The position numbers were made by a program, and so were the translations under genes. The notes beneath the pieces are model-generated. The model ran no database searches and was not told the DNA's origin. It saw only the letters and a list, made by a program, of their open reading frames with translations. Of a stretch of DNA of 64,000 bases, positions 56,309-64,000 are shown one piece after another; the first letter of the stretch is position 1, and every line of letters begins with the position of its first letter. The DNA lies in NCBI GenBank assembly GCA_963728915.1, contig CAVSLV010000002.1, forward strand, positions 352,001 through 416,000, read 5' to 3'. Source of the DNA: an uncultured Gemmatimonadales bacterium (GTDB lineage: Bacteria > Gemmatimonadota > Gemmatimonadetes > Gemmatimonadales > GWC2-71-9).

Positions 56309-57514
56309 ATGCGCCCGAACGAAGTCGAGCAGGTCGTCTACCCCGACGATTGCGACGCGTTCGGCCACCTGAATCAGGCGGCCTTCCTTCGGATCTTCGA
56401 GCGAGCTCGCTGGGATGTCCTGGCCAAGGGCCCCGGGATGGACGTCTTCAGCCGCACCGGAACCTGGCCGGCGGTTCGAAAGACCGTCATCGACTATCTG
56501 GCGCCCGCCTTTGCCGGAGAGCTGCTCCGGGTCCAGCAGTCCGTCGTTCATCTGGGAAAGACCAGCTTCACCATGCGACAGACGGCTCGCCGCTCCGGCG
56601 ATGACGCCCTCATCGCCACGGCCGAGTTCGTCTTCGTGTGCATCGACCGGGAAGGACGACCGGTGGCGGTGCCCGGGGAGGTTGGCGATTTCTTCCAGGC
56701 CCGGCCGAGCGGGGAACCGATGGACCGGATGTCGGTGAATGGGGTCCAGCTCGCGCTCGAGCAACGAGGAGGCGGAACCGGTCCGGCCGTCCTCTTCATC
56801 CACGCCTTCCCGCTCGACCGCACGGTGTGGGAACATCAGTTGGACAGTCTCACCGGGTTTCACCGGATCGCGCCCGATCTTCGGGGGATGGGAATGTCGG
56901 ATGCCCCGGATCTTGGCTACTCCATGAATACCTATGCCGAGGATCTGGTCGGCATTCTCGATGCGTTGGGGATCTCCAGGGTCGTGCTCTGCGGCCTCTC
57001 CCTTGGCGGCTACATCGCGTTCGAGTTCCTCCGCCGGTTCCGCGAGCGGGTCCGGGGACTCGTCCTGGCAGACACCCGGGCCGAAGCCGATAGCGTCGAA
57101 GGCCGAAAGGCACGGGAGGGACTGATCGCGCGGATCCGGGAACAGGGGGCCATCGCCGCGGCGGAAGCCATGCTGCCGAGGTTCTTCACGCCTCAGGTTT
57201 CGCCCGAAATCATCGAGCGGATCCGCAACTCGATCCTGCGGACTCCCGTGGCCGGATTGGTGGGGGCCTTGTCAGCGATGCGGGACCGCCCCGACAGCAC
57301 CTCGCTCCTCCCCACGCTCACCGGGATCCCTACGCTGGTACTGGTGGGAGCGGAAGACATGATTACCCCGCCCTCGATCGCTCAGTCGATGGCGGCGGCG
57401 ATTCCAGGAGCGCGGCTCATGGAGATTCCGGGGGCTGGACACCTTCCCTGCGTGGAGCAGCCGGTCCCGACCACCCGCGCCATTCTCAAATTCCTTCAGG
57501 GGCTCTCGGCCTGA
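56309..57514 (+). CDS. Hotdog thioesterase fused to an alpha/beta hydrolase
   Basis: DCDAFGHLN N-domain; HAFP, GLSLGG, GAED and GAGH C-domain. Confidence 0.82.
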   Translation: MRPNEVEQVVYPDDCDAFGHLNQAAFLRIFERARWDVLAKGPGMDVFSRTGTWPAVRKTVIDYLAPAFAGELLRVQQSVVHLGKTSFTMRQTARRSGDDALIATAEFVFVCIDREGRPVAVPGEVGDFFQARPSGEPMDRMSVNGVQLALEQRGGGTGPAVLFIHAFPLDRTVWEHQLDSLTGFHRIAPDLRGMGMSDAPDLGYSMNTYAEDLVGILDALGISRVVLCGLSLGGYIAFEFLRRFRERVRGLVLADTRAEADSVEGRKAREGLIARIREQGAIAAAEAMLPRFFTPQVSPEIIERIRNSILRTPVAGLVGALSAMRDRPDSTSLLPTLTGIPTLVLVGAEDMITPPSIAQSMAAAIPGARLMEIPGAGHLPCVEQPVPTTRAILKFLQGLSA

Positions 57515-57515
57515 G

Positions 57516-57779
57516 TTATTTCCGCGGCCTTCCCGGCGGGGCGTCGGAGTTGAAGATCTCGCGATTCTTCTCGATGAACTGCTGAAGATTCTGGGGGACG
57601 TCTTCCTCGGGGAAGATGGCGGTGACCGGACACTCCGGCTCGCATGCCCCGCAATCGATGCACTCGTCGGGGTGGATGTAGAGCATGTCGTCGCCTTCGT
57701 AGATGCAATCCACCGGGCAGACGTCGACACAAGATCGATCCTTGACACCGATGCAGGCTTCGGTGATCACATACGTCAT
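57516..57779 (-). CDS. 7Fe-type ferredoxin (FdxA-like)
   Basis: [17 protein letters not shown] and [12 protein letters not shown]. Confidence 0.93.
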   Translation of the reverse strand: MTYVITEACIGVKDRSCVDVCPVDCIYEGDDMLYIHPDECIDCGACEPECPVTAIFPEEDVPQNLQQFIEKNREIFNSDAPPGRPRK

Positions 57780-57899
57780 TCCTGCTCCTCAAGGAATTCG
57801 GTTGAGAGGGGATGGCCCACCGCTGGGGACAGAATTAAGGGCGACACACGTCCTCCGCAAGAGGGATTGGACGGCGGCCATGTCTCGGGCAGGGGTGAA

Positions 57900-58577
57900 C
57901 TAGGAAAGGTTCTTCCGAAGGAAGGTCAGGGTTCGCTCCCAGGCCTGGGCTGCGGCTTCCTTATTGAATACCGTCGGGCGGGTGTCATTGAAGAAGGCGT
58001 GGTCCGCATCGTAGAAATGGGCTTCGATGCTGCCGCCCGCCGCCTGCGTCTTCTTGACGAAAGCGCGGGCATCCTTCTCCTTCACCGAGTTGTCCCGCTT
58101 TGCGAAATGGCATTGAATCGGGACCCGGAGTCGAGCCGGGTCGATTCGGACGTTGGGATGCACCCCGTAAAAGTCGACGGCCGCCCCGATTCGATCGGAA
58201 TACTCCGCGGCGGCGTACAGGGCGAGCTGGCCTCCCATGCAGAAGCCGAGCACCCCGACTCGCTCCGATGCGACCTCGGGTCGTTCCAACAATGCCCCGG
58301 CCGCGCCGGAGAGATCCGCCCCGGCCTTTGCGATGTTGAGCGCCATGAACAGCTTGCCGGCTTCGTCCGGACTTCGCGTGGCCTTGCCATCGTAGAGATC
58401 GGGGGCCAGGGCGACGAACCCTTCGGCGGCGAAGCGCTCGCACACGTTCTTGATGTGGTCCACCAGACCCCACCACTCCTGAATGACGACCAGACCAGGA
58501 CCTCGGCCCCCGGACGGGACGGCCAGATACCCGAGTGCGGTCCGGCCATCCGCCCGAAACTCGATGGACTCGCCCAT
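57900..58577 (-). CDS. Dienelactone hydrolase family protein
   Basis: QEWWG, GFCMGG and HAFFN. Confidence 0.92.
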   Translation of the reverse strand: MGESIEFRADGRTALGYLAVPSGGRGPGLVVIQEWWGLVDHIKNVCERFAAEGFVALAPDLYDGKATRSPDEAGKLFMALNIAKAGADLSGAAGALLERPEVASERVGVLGFCMGGQLALYAAAEYSDRIGAAVDFYGVHPNVRIDPARLRVPIQCHFAKRDNSVKEKDARAFVKKTQAAGGSIEAHFYDADHAFFNDTRPTVFNKEAAAQAWERTLTFLRKNLS

Positions 58578-58588
58578 GGCCGGGCCGG

Positions 58589-59161
58589 TTAGAGAAGAGC
58601 CGAGAGCGGCGAAGGAATGTGTTCGCATCGGAGCTCCGGTTCGCCGTAACGGTCGGACCCGGTATAGAGGCGATTCCATTCCTCACGCAGGCAGAAGGGA
58701 TCCGACCCACAGGCGCGATCCACCGCCAGGACCCCGTCCAAGTGGTCGATCTCGTGCTGCAACAGCTCGGCACGATCGCCGGAGAGCTCAACCTCGTGGG
58801 AATCACCCCGAAGGTCCTGGTAGGCGACCCGGATGTGGTAGGCCCGCTGGACCCGGACCAGCAGGTTGGGAAACGAGAAGCAATCATCCCAGACGGTGAA
58901 ATCCTCGGTTCCGATATCGAGGATCTCCGGATTGATCAAGGTCCACGGCCGATCCATCTCGATATGGACGATGCGAACCGGAGCCCCGATCTGAGGAGCT
59001 GCGATCCCGCGACCGGAGCCGAATCGGGACTGCCAGTCCCGCAAAGTTTCTCGCAGATCATCGACGATGATGCGGACCGCGGTGGATTTTGGGGCAGTAA
59101 TCTGCTCGCACCGGGTTCGGAGGACCGGGTCGCCCAGGAGCCGGATTCGATGGATGGCCAT
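58589..59161 (-). CDS. def: Peptide deformylase (variant motif 2)
   Basis: GRGIAAPQIG, DDCFS and QHEIDHLDG. Confidence 0.88.
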   Translation of the reverse strand: MAIHRIRLLGDPVLRTRCEQITAPKSTAVRIIVDDLRETLRDWQSRFGSGRGIAAPQIGAPVRIVHIEMDRPWTLINPEILDIGTEDFTVWDDCFSFPNLLVRVQRAYHIRVAYQDLRGDSHEVELSGDRAELLQHEIDHLDGVLAVDRACGSDPFCLREEWNRLYTGSDRYGEPELRCEHIPSPLSALL

Positions 59162-59366
59162 GACGGCTAATCTCCCGCTTGGGGGGCAAAGGTCAAGAGT
59201 GGGGGTCAGATGTGGGCCACCAATTAGTAGTATTAATCACTACTAATAATATCATGAACACTTCTGGCGAGTCCTTTGCTACTCGAATAGGACACCTTGG
59301 CCGAGTTGGTCCCTGACCCCTGCACTGCCGCGCCATAAACCCTTGTCTCCCAATGACCTCCGCGCT

Positions 59367-59396
59367 TTGACAATCCCGACAATTGTATTAGGATTG
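59367..59396 (+). promoter_or_regulatory. suf operon promoter overlapped by a palindromic operator
   Basis: TTGACA-16nt-TAGGAT, 6 nt before the ATG; CAATCC-N14-GGATTG. Confidence 0.6.
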
Positions 59397-59400
59397 GGGA

Positions 59401-60834
59401 ATGAGCGAACCCGTCGAAACCCTCGTCAACCGCGAGTACAAGTGGGGCTTCATCACCGATATCGAAGCCGATACTGTCCCGCGGGGATTGAACGAGGACA
59501 CCATTCGTCTGATCTCGGCAAAGAAGCGCGAGCCTGCGTTCATGCTGGATTGGAGGCTTAAGGCTTACCGGGGTTGGCTCAAGATGACTGAGCCCCACTG
59601 GCCCAACGTGGTATACCCCTCGATCGATTATCAGGACATCATCTATTACGCGGCCCCGAAAACGGCCAAGCCGCTGGGCTCGCTCGAGGAAGCCGATCCG
59701 AAACTCCTCGAGACCTATCAGAAGCTGGGAATTCCGCTCACCGAGCAGAAGCTCCTGGCCGGCGTGGCGGTGGACGCGATCTTCGATTCGGTCTCGGTCG
59801 GGACTTCCTACAAGAAGCAGCTCGCCGAGATGGGCATCGTGTTCTGCTCTTTTTCGGAGGCGGTCCTGGAACATCCCGAGCTGGTTCAGAAATACCTGGG
59901 CTCGGTGGTGCCCGCGAGCGACAACTTCTTCGCCGCGCTCAACTCCGCGGTTTTCAGCGACGGCTCCTTCGTCTACGTCCCGAAGGGCGTTCGCTGTCCG
60001 ATGGATCTCTCGACGTACTTCCGGATGAACGCCCAGAACACCGGCCAGTTCGAGCGGACCCTCATCATCGCCGACGAAGGCGCCTGGGTGAGTTATCTGG
60101 AGGGTTGCACCGCTCCCAAGCGGGACGAGAACCAGCTCCATGCGGCGGTGGTCGAGCTGGTGGCGCTGGACGGCGCGACGATCAAGTACTCCACCGTGCA
60201 GAACTGGTATGCGGGTGATGAGCAGGGCAAGGGTGGCATCTACAATTTTGTGACCAAGCGAGGCAAGGCCCTTCGGGGCGCCAAAATCTCCTGGACCCAG
60301 GTGGAAACCGGGTCATCCATCACCTGGAAGTATCCGAGCGTGATCCTCCAGGGTGACGATGCAGTCGGCGAGTTCTACTCGGTGGCGGTCTGCAACGGAA
60401 AGCAGCAGGCCGATACCGGCACCAAGATGATGCACCTCGGCCGGAACACCCGGAGCACGATCGTGTCGAAAGGCATCAGCGCCGGGCAGGGCAACAACAG
60501 CTACCGGGGACTGGTCAAGGTTGTTCCCCGAGCCGCGAACGCCCGGAACTACACCCAGTGCGACTCGATGCTGATCGGGAACCGCTGTGCCGCGAACACC
60601 TTCCCCTACATCGATGTGCAGAACCCCACCGCCTCGGTGGAGCACGAGGCCAGCACCTCCAAGATCGGGGAAGACCAGATCTTCTACTGCAAGCAGCGCG
60701 GGCTCAACACCGAGAACGCCATCTCGATGATCGTCAACGGCTTCTGCAAGGAGGTCTTCAAGAAGCTGCCGATGGAGTTCGCGGTGGAGGCGCAGAAGCT
60801 GCTCGGCATCTCGCTGGAGGGCAGCGTCGGCTGA
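59401..60834 (+). CDS. sufB: Fe-S cluster assembly protein SufB
   Basis: [19 protein letters not shown] and EHEASTSKI. Confidence 0.97.
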   Translation: MSEPVETLVNREYKWGFITDIEADTVPRGLNEDTIRLISAKKREPAFMLDWRLKAYRGWLKMTEPHWPNVVYPSIDYQDIIYYAAPKTAKPLGSLEEADPKLLETYQKLGIPLTEQKLLAGVAVDAIFDSVSVGTSYKKQLAEMGIVFCSFSEAVLEHPELVQKYLGSVVPASDNFFAALNSAVFSDGSFVYVPKGVRCPMDLSTYFRMNAQNTGQFERTLIIADEGAWVSYLEGCTAPKRDENQLHAAVVELVALDGATIKYSTVQNWYAGDEQGKGGIYNFVTKRGKALRGAKISWTQVETGSSITWKYPSVILQGDDAVGEFYSVAVCNGKQQADTGTKMMHLGRNTRSTIVSKGISAGQGNNSYRGLVKVVPRAANARNYTQCDSMLIGNRCAANTFPYIDVQNPTASVEHEASTSKIGEDQIFYCKQRGLNTENAISMIVNGFCKEVFKKLPMEFAVEAQKLLGISLEGSVG

Positions 60835-60863
60835 CCCCGGCAATACCTACGGAGCGAAACGAC

Positions 60864-61631
60864 GTGCTCGACATTCACGGACTGAGAGCCGCAGCCGGCG
60901 AGAAGGAAATCCTCAAAGGCATCGACCTCACGGTCCACGCCGGCGAGGTCCACGCCATCATGGGGCCCAACGGGTCCGGCAAGAGCACCCTGGCCCAGGT
61001 GCTGGCGGGACACCCGGCCTACACGGTCACCGGGGGCAGCGTCAGCTTCCTGGGCCAGGACCTCCTCGACATGGAACCGGAGGAGCGGGCTCAGGCCGGG
61101 GTCTTCCTCGCTTTCCAGTATCCGGTGGAGATCCCCGGCGTCACCAATGCCTATTTCCTGCGAGCCGCCTACAACGCGATCCGGAAGGCCCACGGCGAGG
61201 AAGAGCTGGATCCGATCGACTTCATCGATCTGCTGGAAAGCAAGCTCAAACTGGTAGGATGGTCCGCCGAGATCATGCAGCGGGCGGTGAATAGCGGGTT
61301 CTCGGGTGGGGAGAAGAAGCGGAACGAGATCCTCCAGATGGCGGTGCTCGAGCCCCGGCTTGCGATCCTGGACGAGACCGATTCCGGCCTGGATATCGAT
61401 GCGCTGCGGATCGTGGCCGACGGCGTCAATGCCCTGCGCGCTCCCGACCGGGCCACCATCGTGGTGACCCACTATCAGCGGCTGCTCAACTTCATCATTC
61501 CCGATTTCGTGCACGTGCTGGTGGACGGGCGCATTGCGAAATCCGGAGGCAAGGAGCTGGCTCTCGAGCTCGAGGCGAAAGGCTACGAATGGCTGACCGG
61601 GATACCGGAGCCGGCGTCCGCCCGGTCGTGA
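60864..61631 (+). CDS. sufC: Fe-S assembly ATPase SufC
   Basis: GPNGSGKST, FSGGEKKRNE and LDETDSGLD. Confidence 0.96.
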   Translation: MLDIHGLRAAAGEKEILKGIDLTVHAGEVHAIMGPNGSGKSTLAQVLAGHPAYTVTGGSVSFLGQDLLDMEPEERAQAGVFLAFQYPVEIPGVTNAYFLRAAYNAIRKAHGEEELDPIDFIDLLESKLKLVGWSAEIMQRAVNSGFSGGEKKRNEILQMAVLEPRLAILDETDSGLDIDALRIVADGVNALRAPDRATIVVTHYQRLLNFIIPDFVHVLVDGRIAKSGGKELALELEAKGYEWLTGIPEPASARS

Positions 61632-62911
61632 ACGGCGCATACGTCGAGGCGTTCAAGCGTTCCCCTGCCGGGCCCCTGGCGACCAGGCGGCGAGCGGCGT
61701 TCGATCGCTTTGCGAGCGTCGGATTCCCCACCACGAAGCAGGAAGATTGGCGGTTCACGCCGGTGGCGCCGATTGCCACCCGCGAATGGAAGCTGGATGG
61801 CGGCGGACCGGCCCCCGGCGCGTCGGATCTCGCCCCTTTCCGTTTCGGAGCGCCACATTGGACCACCCTCGTCTTCGTGGACGGAACGTTTGATCCAGGT
61901 CTTTCGAACCAGCCCCCGGCTCCAGCGGGGCTCCTGGTCGCGCCACTCTCAAAAGCCCTGGAGCGGAAAGACTCCCTGATCGAAGCGCGCTTCGGCGCGA
62001 TCGCCGGGGCGGAGGTGACCCCTTTCGCGGCCCTGAACGCGGCGTTTGCCCGCGAAGGGGTCGTGGTTCGGGTCGAGGCGGGCGTCGATATTCCCGATCC
62101 CATCCACCTGCTCTTTGTCACGACGCCGGGCTCGGAGAATCGCGCCCGGCACATCCGGAACCTGCTGGTGTTCGAGCGCGGCGCCCGCGCCCAGATCGTG
62201 GAGAGCTACGCGGGGATCGGGTCGGCGGTCTCTTTCACCAACGTGGTCACCGAAGTCGCGGTCGCGCCGGAGGCGTGGATCGAGCACACCCGGATCCAGC
62301 GGGAGAGCGAGTCGGCCTATCATATCGGGCTCACCGCCGTGCACCAGGAGGCGCACAGCCACTATCGCTCATTCACTCTGAATGCGGGGGGGAGCCTCGC
62401 GCGTCACGACCTCCAGGCGCGCCTGGGCGGCGAGGAGGTCGAGACCCTTCTCTATGGGCTGTATCTCGGGCGGAATCAGCAGCTGGTGGATAACCACACC
62501 GTGATCTTTCACGATCACCCCAACTGCCGGAGCTGGGAGGTCTACAAGGGCATCCTGGACGACCGGAGCCATGCGGTGTTCAACGGCAAGGTGTTCGTGA
62601 AGCCGGAGGCCCAGAAGACCGACGCCAAGCAGACCAATCGCAACCTGCTGCTGTCCGATGGCGCCAAAGTGGACACCAAGCCGCAACTCGAGATTTTTGC
62701 CGACGACGTGAAGTGCACCCACGGTGCGACGGTCGGGCGAATCGACGAGATCGCCTACTACTATCTCCAGAGCCGGGGAATCCCGCGGAGCGAGGCGCAA
62801 CGCATCCTGACCTACGCCTTCGCCGCGGAGGTGGTCGAGGAAGTGGCCTCGGAGCCGGTGCGGGACGCGCTCGACCGGCTGGTTCGCGATCGGATGGGAG
62901 TGAGAAGCTGA
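61628..62911 (+). CDS. sufD: Fe-S assembly protein SufD
   Basis: EDWRFT and KPQLEIFADDVKCTHGAT. Confidence 0.95.
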   Translation: MNGAYVEAFKRSPAGPLATRRRAAFDRFASVGFPTTKQEDWRFTPVAPIATREWKLDGGGPAPGASDLAPFRFGAPHWTTLVFVDGTFDPGLSNQPPAPAGLLVAPLSKALERKDSLIEARFGAIAGAEVTPFAALNAAFAREGVVVRVEAGVDIPDPIHLLFVTTPGSENRARHIRNLLVFERGARAQIVESYAGIGSAVSFTNVVTEVAVAPEAWIEHTRIQRESESAYHIGLTAVHQEAHSHYRSFTLNAGGSLARHDLQARLGGEEVETLLYGLYLGRNQQLVDNHTVIFHDHPNCRSWEVYKGILDDRSHAVFNGKVFVKPEAQKTDAKQTNRNLLLSDGAKVDTKPQLEIFADDVKCTHGATVGRIDEIAYYYLQSRGIPRSEAQRILTYAFAAEVVEEVASEPVRDALDRLVRDRMGVRS

Positions 62912-62913
62912 CG

Positions 62914-64000
62914 ATGTCGCCCGTGACGGTCATCCCCCCTGAGGAGCTCCGGAGCCGCACCGAACCGGTGTGGGACGTGGCGAAGGTACGGGCCGACTTT
63001 CCGATCCTGACCCGGATGGTCCGGGGCCATCCGCTGGTCTATCTGGACAACGCCTCGACCGCCCAGAAGCCGCTCGTCGTGATCGAGGCGATCGATCACT
63101 ACTATCGCACCGGGAACGCCAATGTGCATCGCGGGGTCCATACCCTGAGCGAAGAGGCGACCAACGCCTATGAGCGCGCCCGGGAGATTGCGGCGGTTTT
63201 CCTCGGCGCCGGATCCCCATCCGAAATCATTTTCACCGCGGGGACCACCGCGGCGCTCAACCTTGTGGCGCAGAGCTACGGCGGGTCGGCGCTCCGGCCC
63301 GGCGACGAAATACTCGTGACCGAGATGGAGCACCACTCGAACCTGGTCCCGTGGCAGCTGGTCGCCGAGCGCACCGGCGCCCTGGTCAAGGCGATCCCGG
63401 TCATGGAATCGGGCGGACTGGACCTCGAAACGTTCGAGCGCCTGCTCGGGCCGCGCACCCGGATCGTCGCGGTTTCGCACGCGTCGAACGTGATCGGGGC
63501 GATCAACCCGGTGAACGCGATCGCCGAGCTGGCCCATGGAGTCGGCGCGGTGGTGGTGGTGGACGGGGCCCAGTCTGCGCCACACCTCCGGGTCAATGTG
63601 GCGGCGATGGACTGCGATTTCTTCGCCTGTTCCGGCCACAAGCTCTACGGCCCGAACGGCATCGGGATCCTCTACGGCAAGGGTGCGCTGCTCGAAGCGA
63701 TGCCGCCGTGGCAGGGCGGGGGGGGCATGATCCGCGAGGTCCAGATCGAGCGGAGCACCTGGGCCCCTCCGCCGGAGCGATTCGAGGCGGGCACGCCCCC
63801 GATTGCGGAGGCGGTCGGGCTCGGCGCCGCGATCGAATACGTCATGCATTGGGATTGGGACGCCCTGGTTGGCTATGAGCAGGCCCTGATCGCGGATGCG
63901 ACCCGCAAGCTCCAGAGGGTGCCTGGGCTCCGAATCCTCGGTGAGGGGGCGGACCGGGTGAGCGTGATCTCTCTCGACATGGACCGGGTCCATCCCCACG
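62914..64000 (+). CDS. sufS: Cysteine desulfurase SufS (runs off the window end)
   Basis: Manual translation gives VRADFPIL, YLDNAST, NVHRG, EHHSN, SGHKLYGP and FEAGTP. Confidence 0.95.
   Translation, partial: MSPVTVIPPEELRSRTEPVWDVAKVRADFPILTRMVRGHPLVYLDNASTAQKPLVVIEAIDHYYRTGNANVHRGVHTLSEEATNAYERAREIAAVFLGAGSPSEIIFTAGTTAALNLVAQSYGGSALRPGDEILVTEMEHHSNLVPWQLVAERTGALVKAIPVMESGGLDLETFERLLGPRTRIVAVSHASNVIGAINPVNAIAELAHGVGAVVVVDGAQSAPHLRVNVAAMDCDFFACSGHKLYGPNGIGILYGKGALLEAMPPWQGGGGMIREVQIERSTWAPPPERFEAGTPPIAEAVGLGAAIEYVMHWDWDALVGYEQALIADATRKLQRVPGLRILGEGADRVSVISLDMDRVHPH

Overview
A GC-rich bacterial chromosomal segment containing the replication origin region (mnmE-yidC-yidD-rnpA-rpmH | dnaA-oriC-dnaN). 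The gene repertoire suggests Gemmatimonadota; this is inference only. The left third is accessory-like: a Mo-hydroxylase large/small subunit pair, a porin + metal ABC cassette without an ATPase, an M24 peptidase, ArsR, an RND efflux operon, a CPA1 antiporter and an unusual caa3-type oxidase operon next to tRNA-Phe. The rest is mostly housekeeping: upp, holA, mutS, ddl, rnpB, pyrE, polA, rnd, def, sufBCDS, plus an ECF sigma/anti-sigma/HEAT-repeat operon. Six genes, including essential dnaN, carry small frameshifts that look like long-read sequencing errors. The best candidate for an undescribed system is a leaderless His/Cys-rich uORF ending in RAPP. The codons right after RAPP form an anti-Shine-Dalgarno for the downstream metal-uptake operon, suggesting a metal-sensing ribosome-arrest switch. 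Other notable signals: a possible Thermus-like rnpA/rpmH full overlap, a heme-copper oxidase lacking both canonical proton-channel residues, dispersed TAGTAGT...ACTACTA motifs resembling DnaA-trios, widespread leaderless genes and a catalytically dead rhomboid. No CRISPR array, integrase or transposase was seen.
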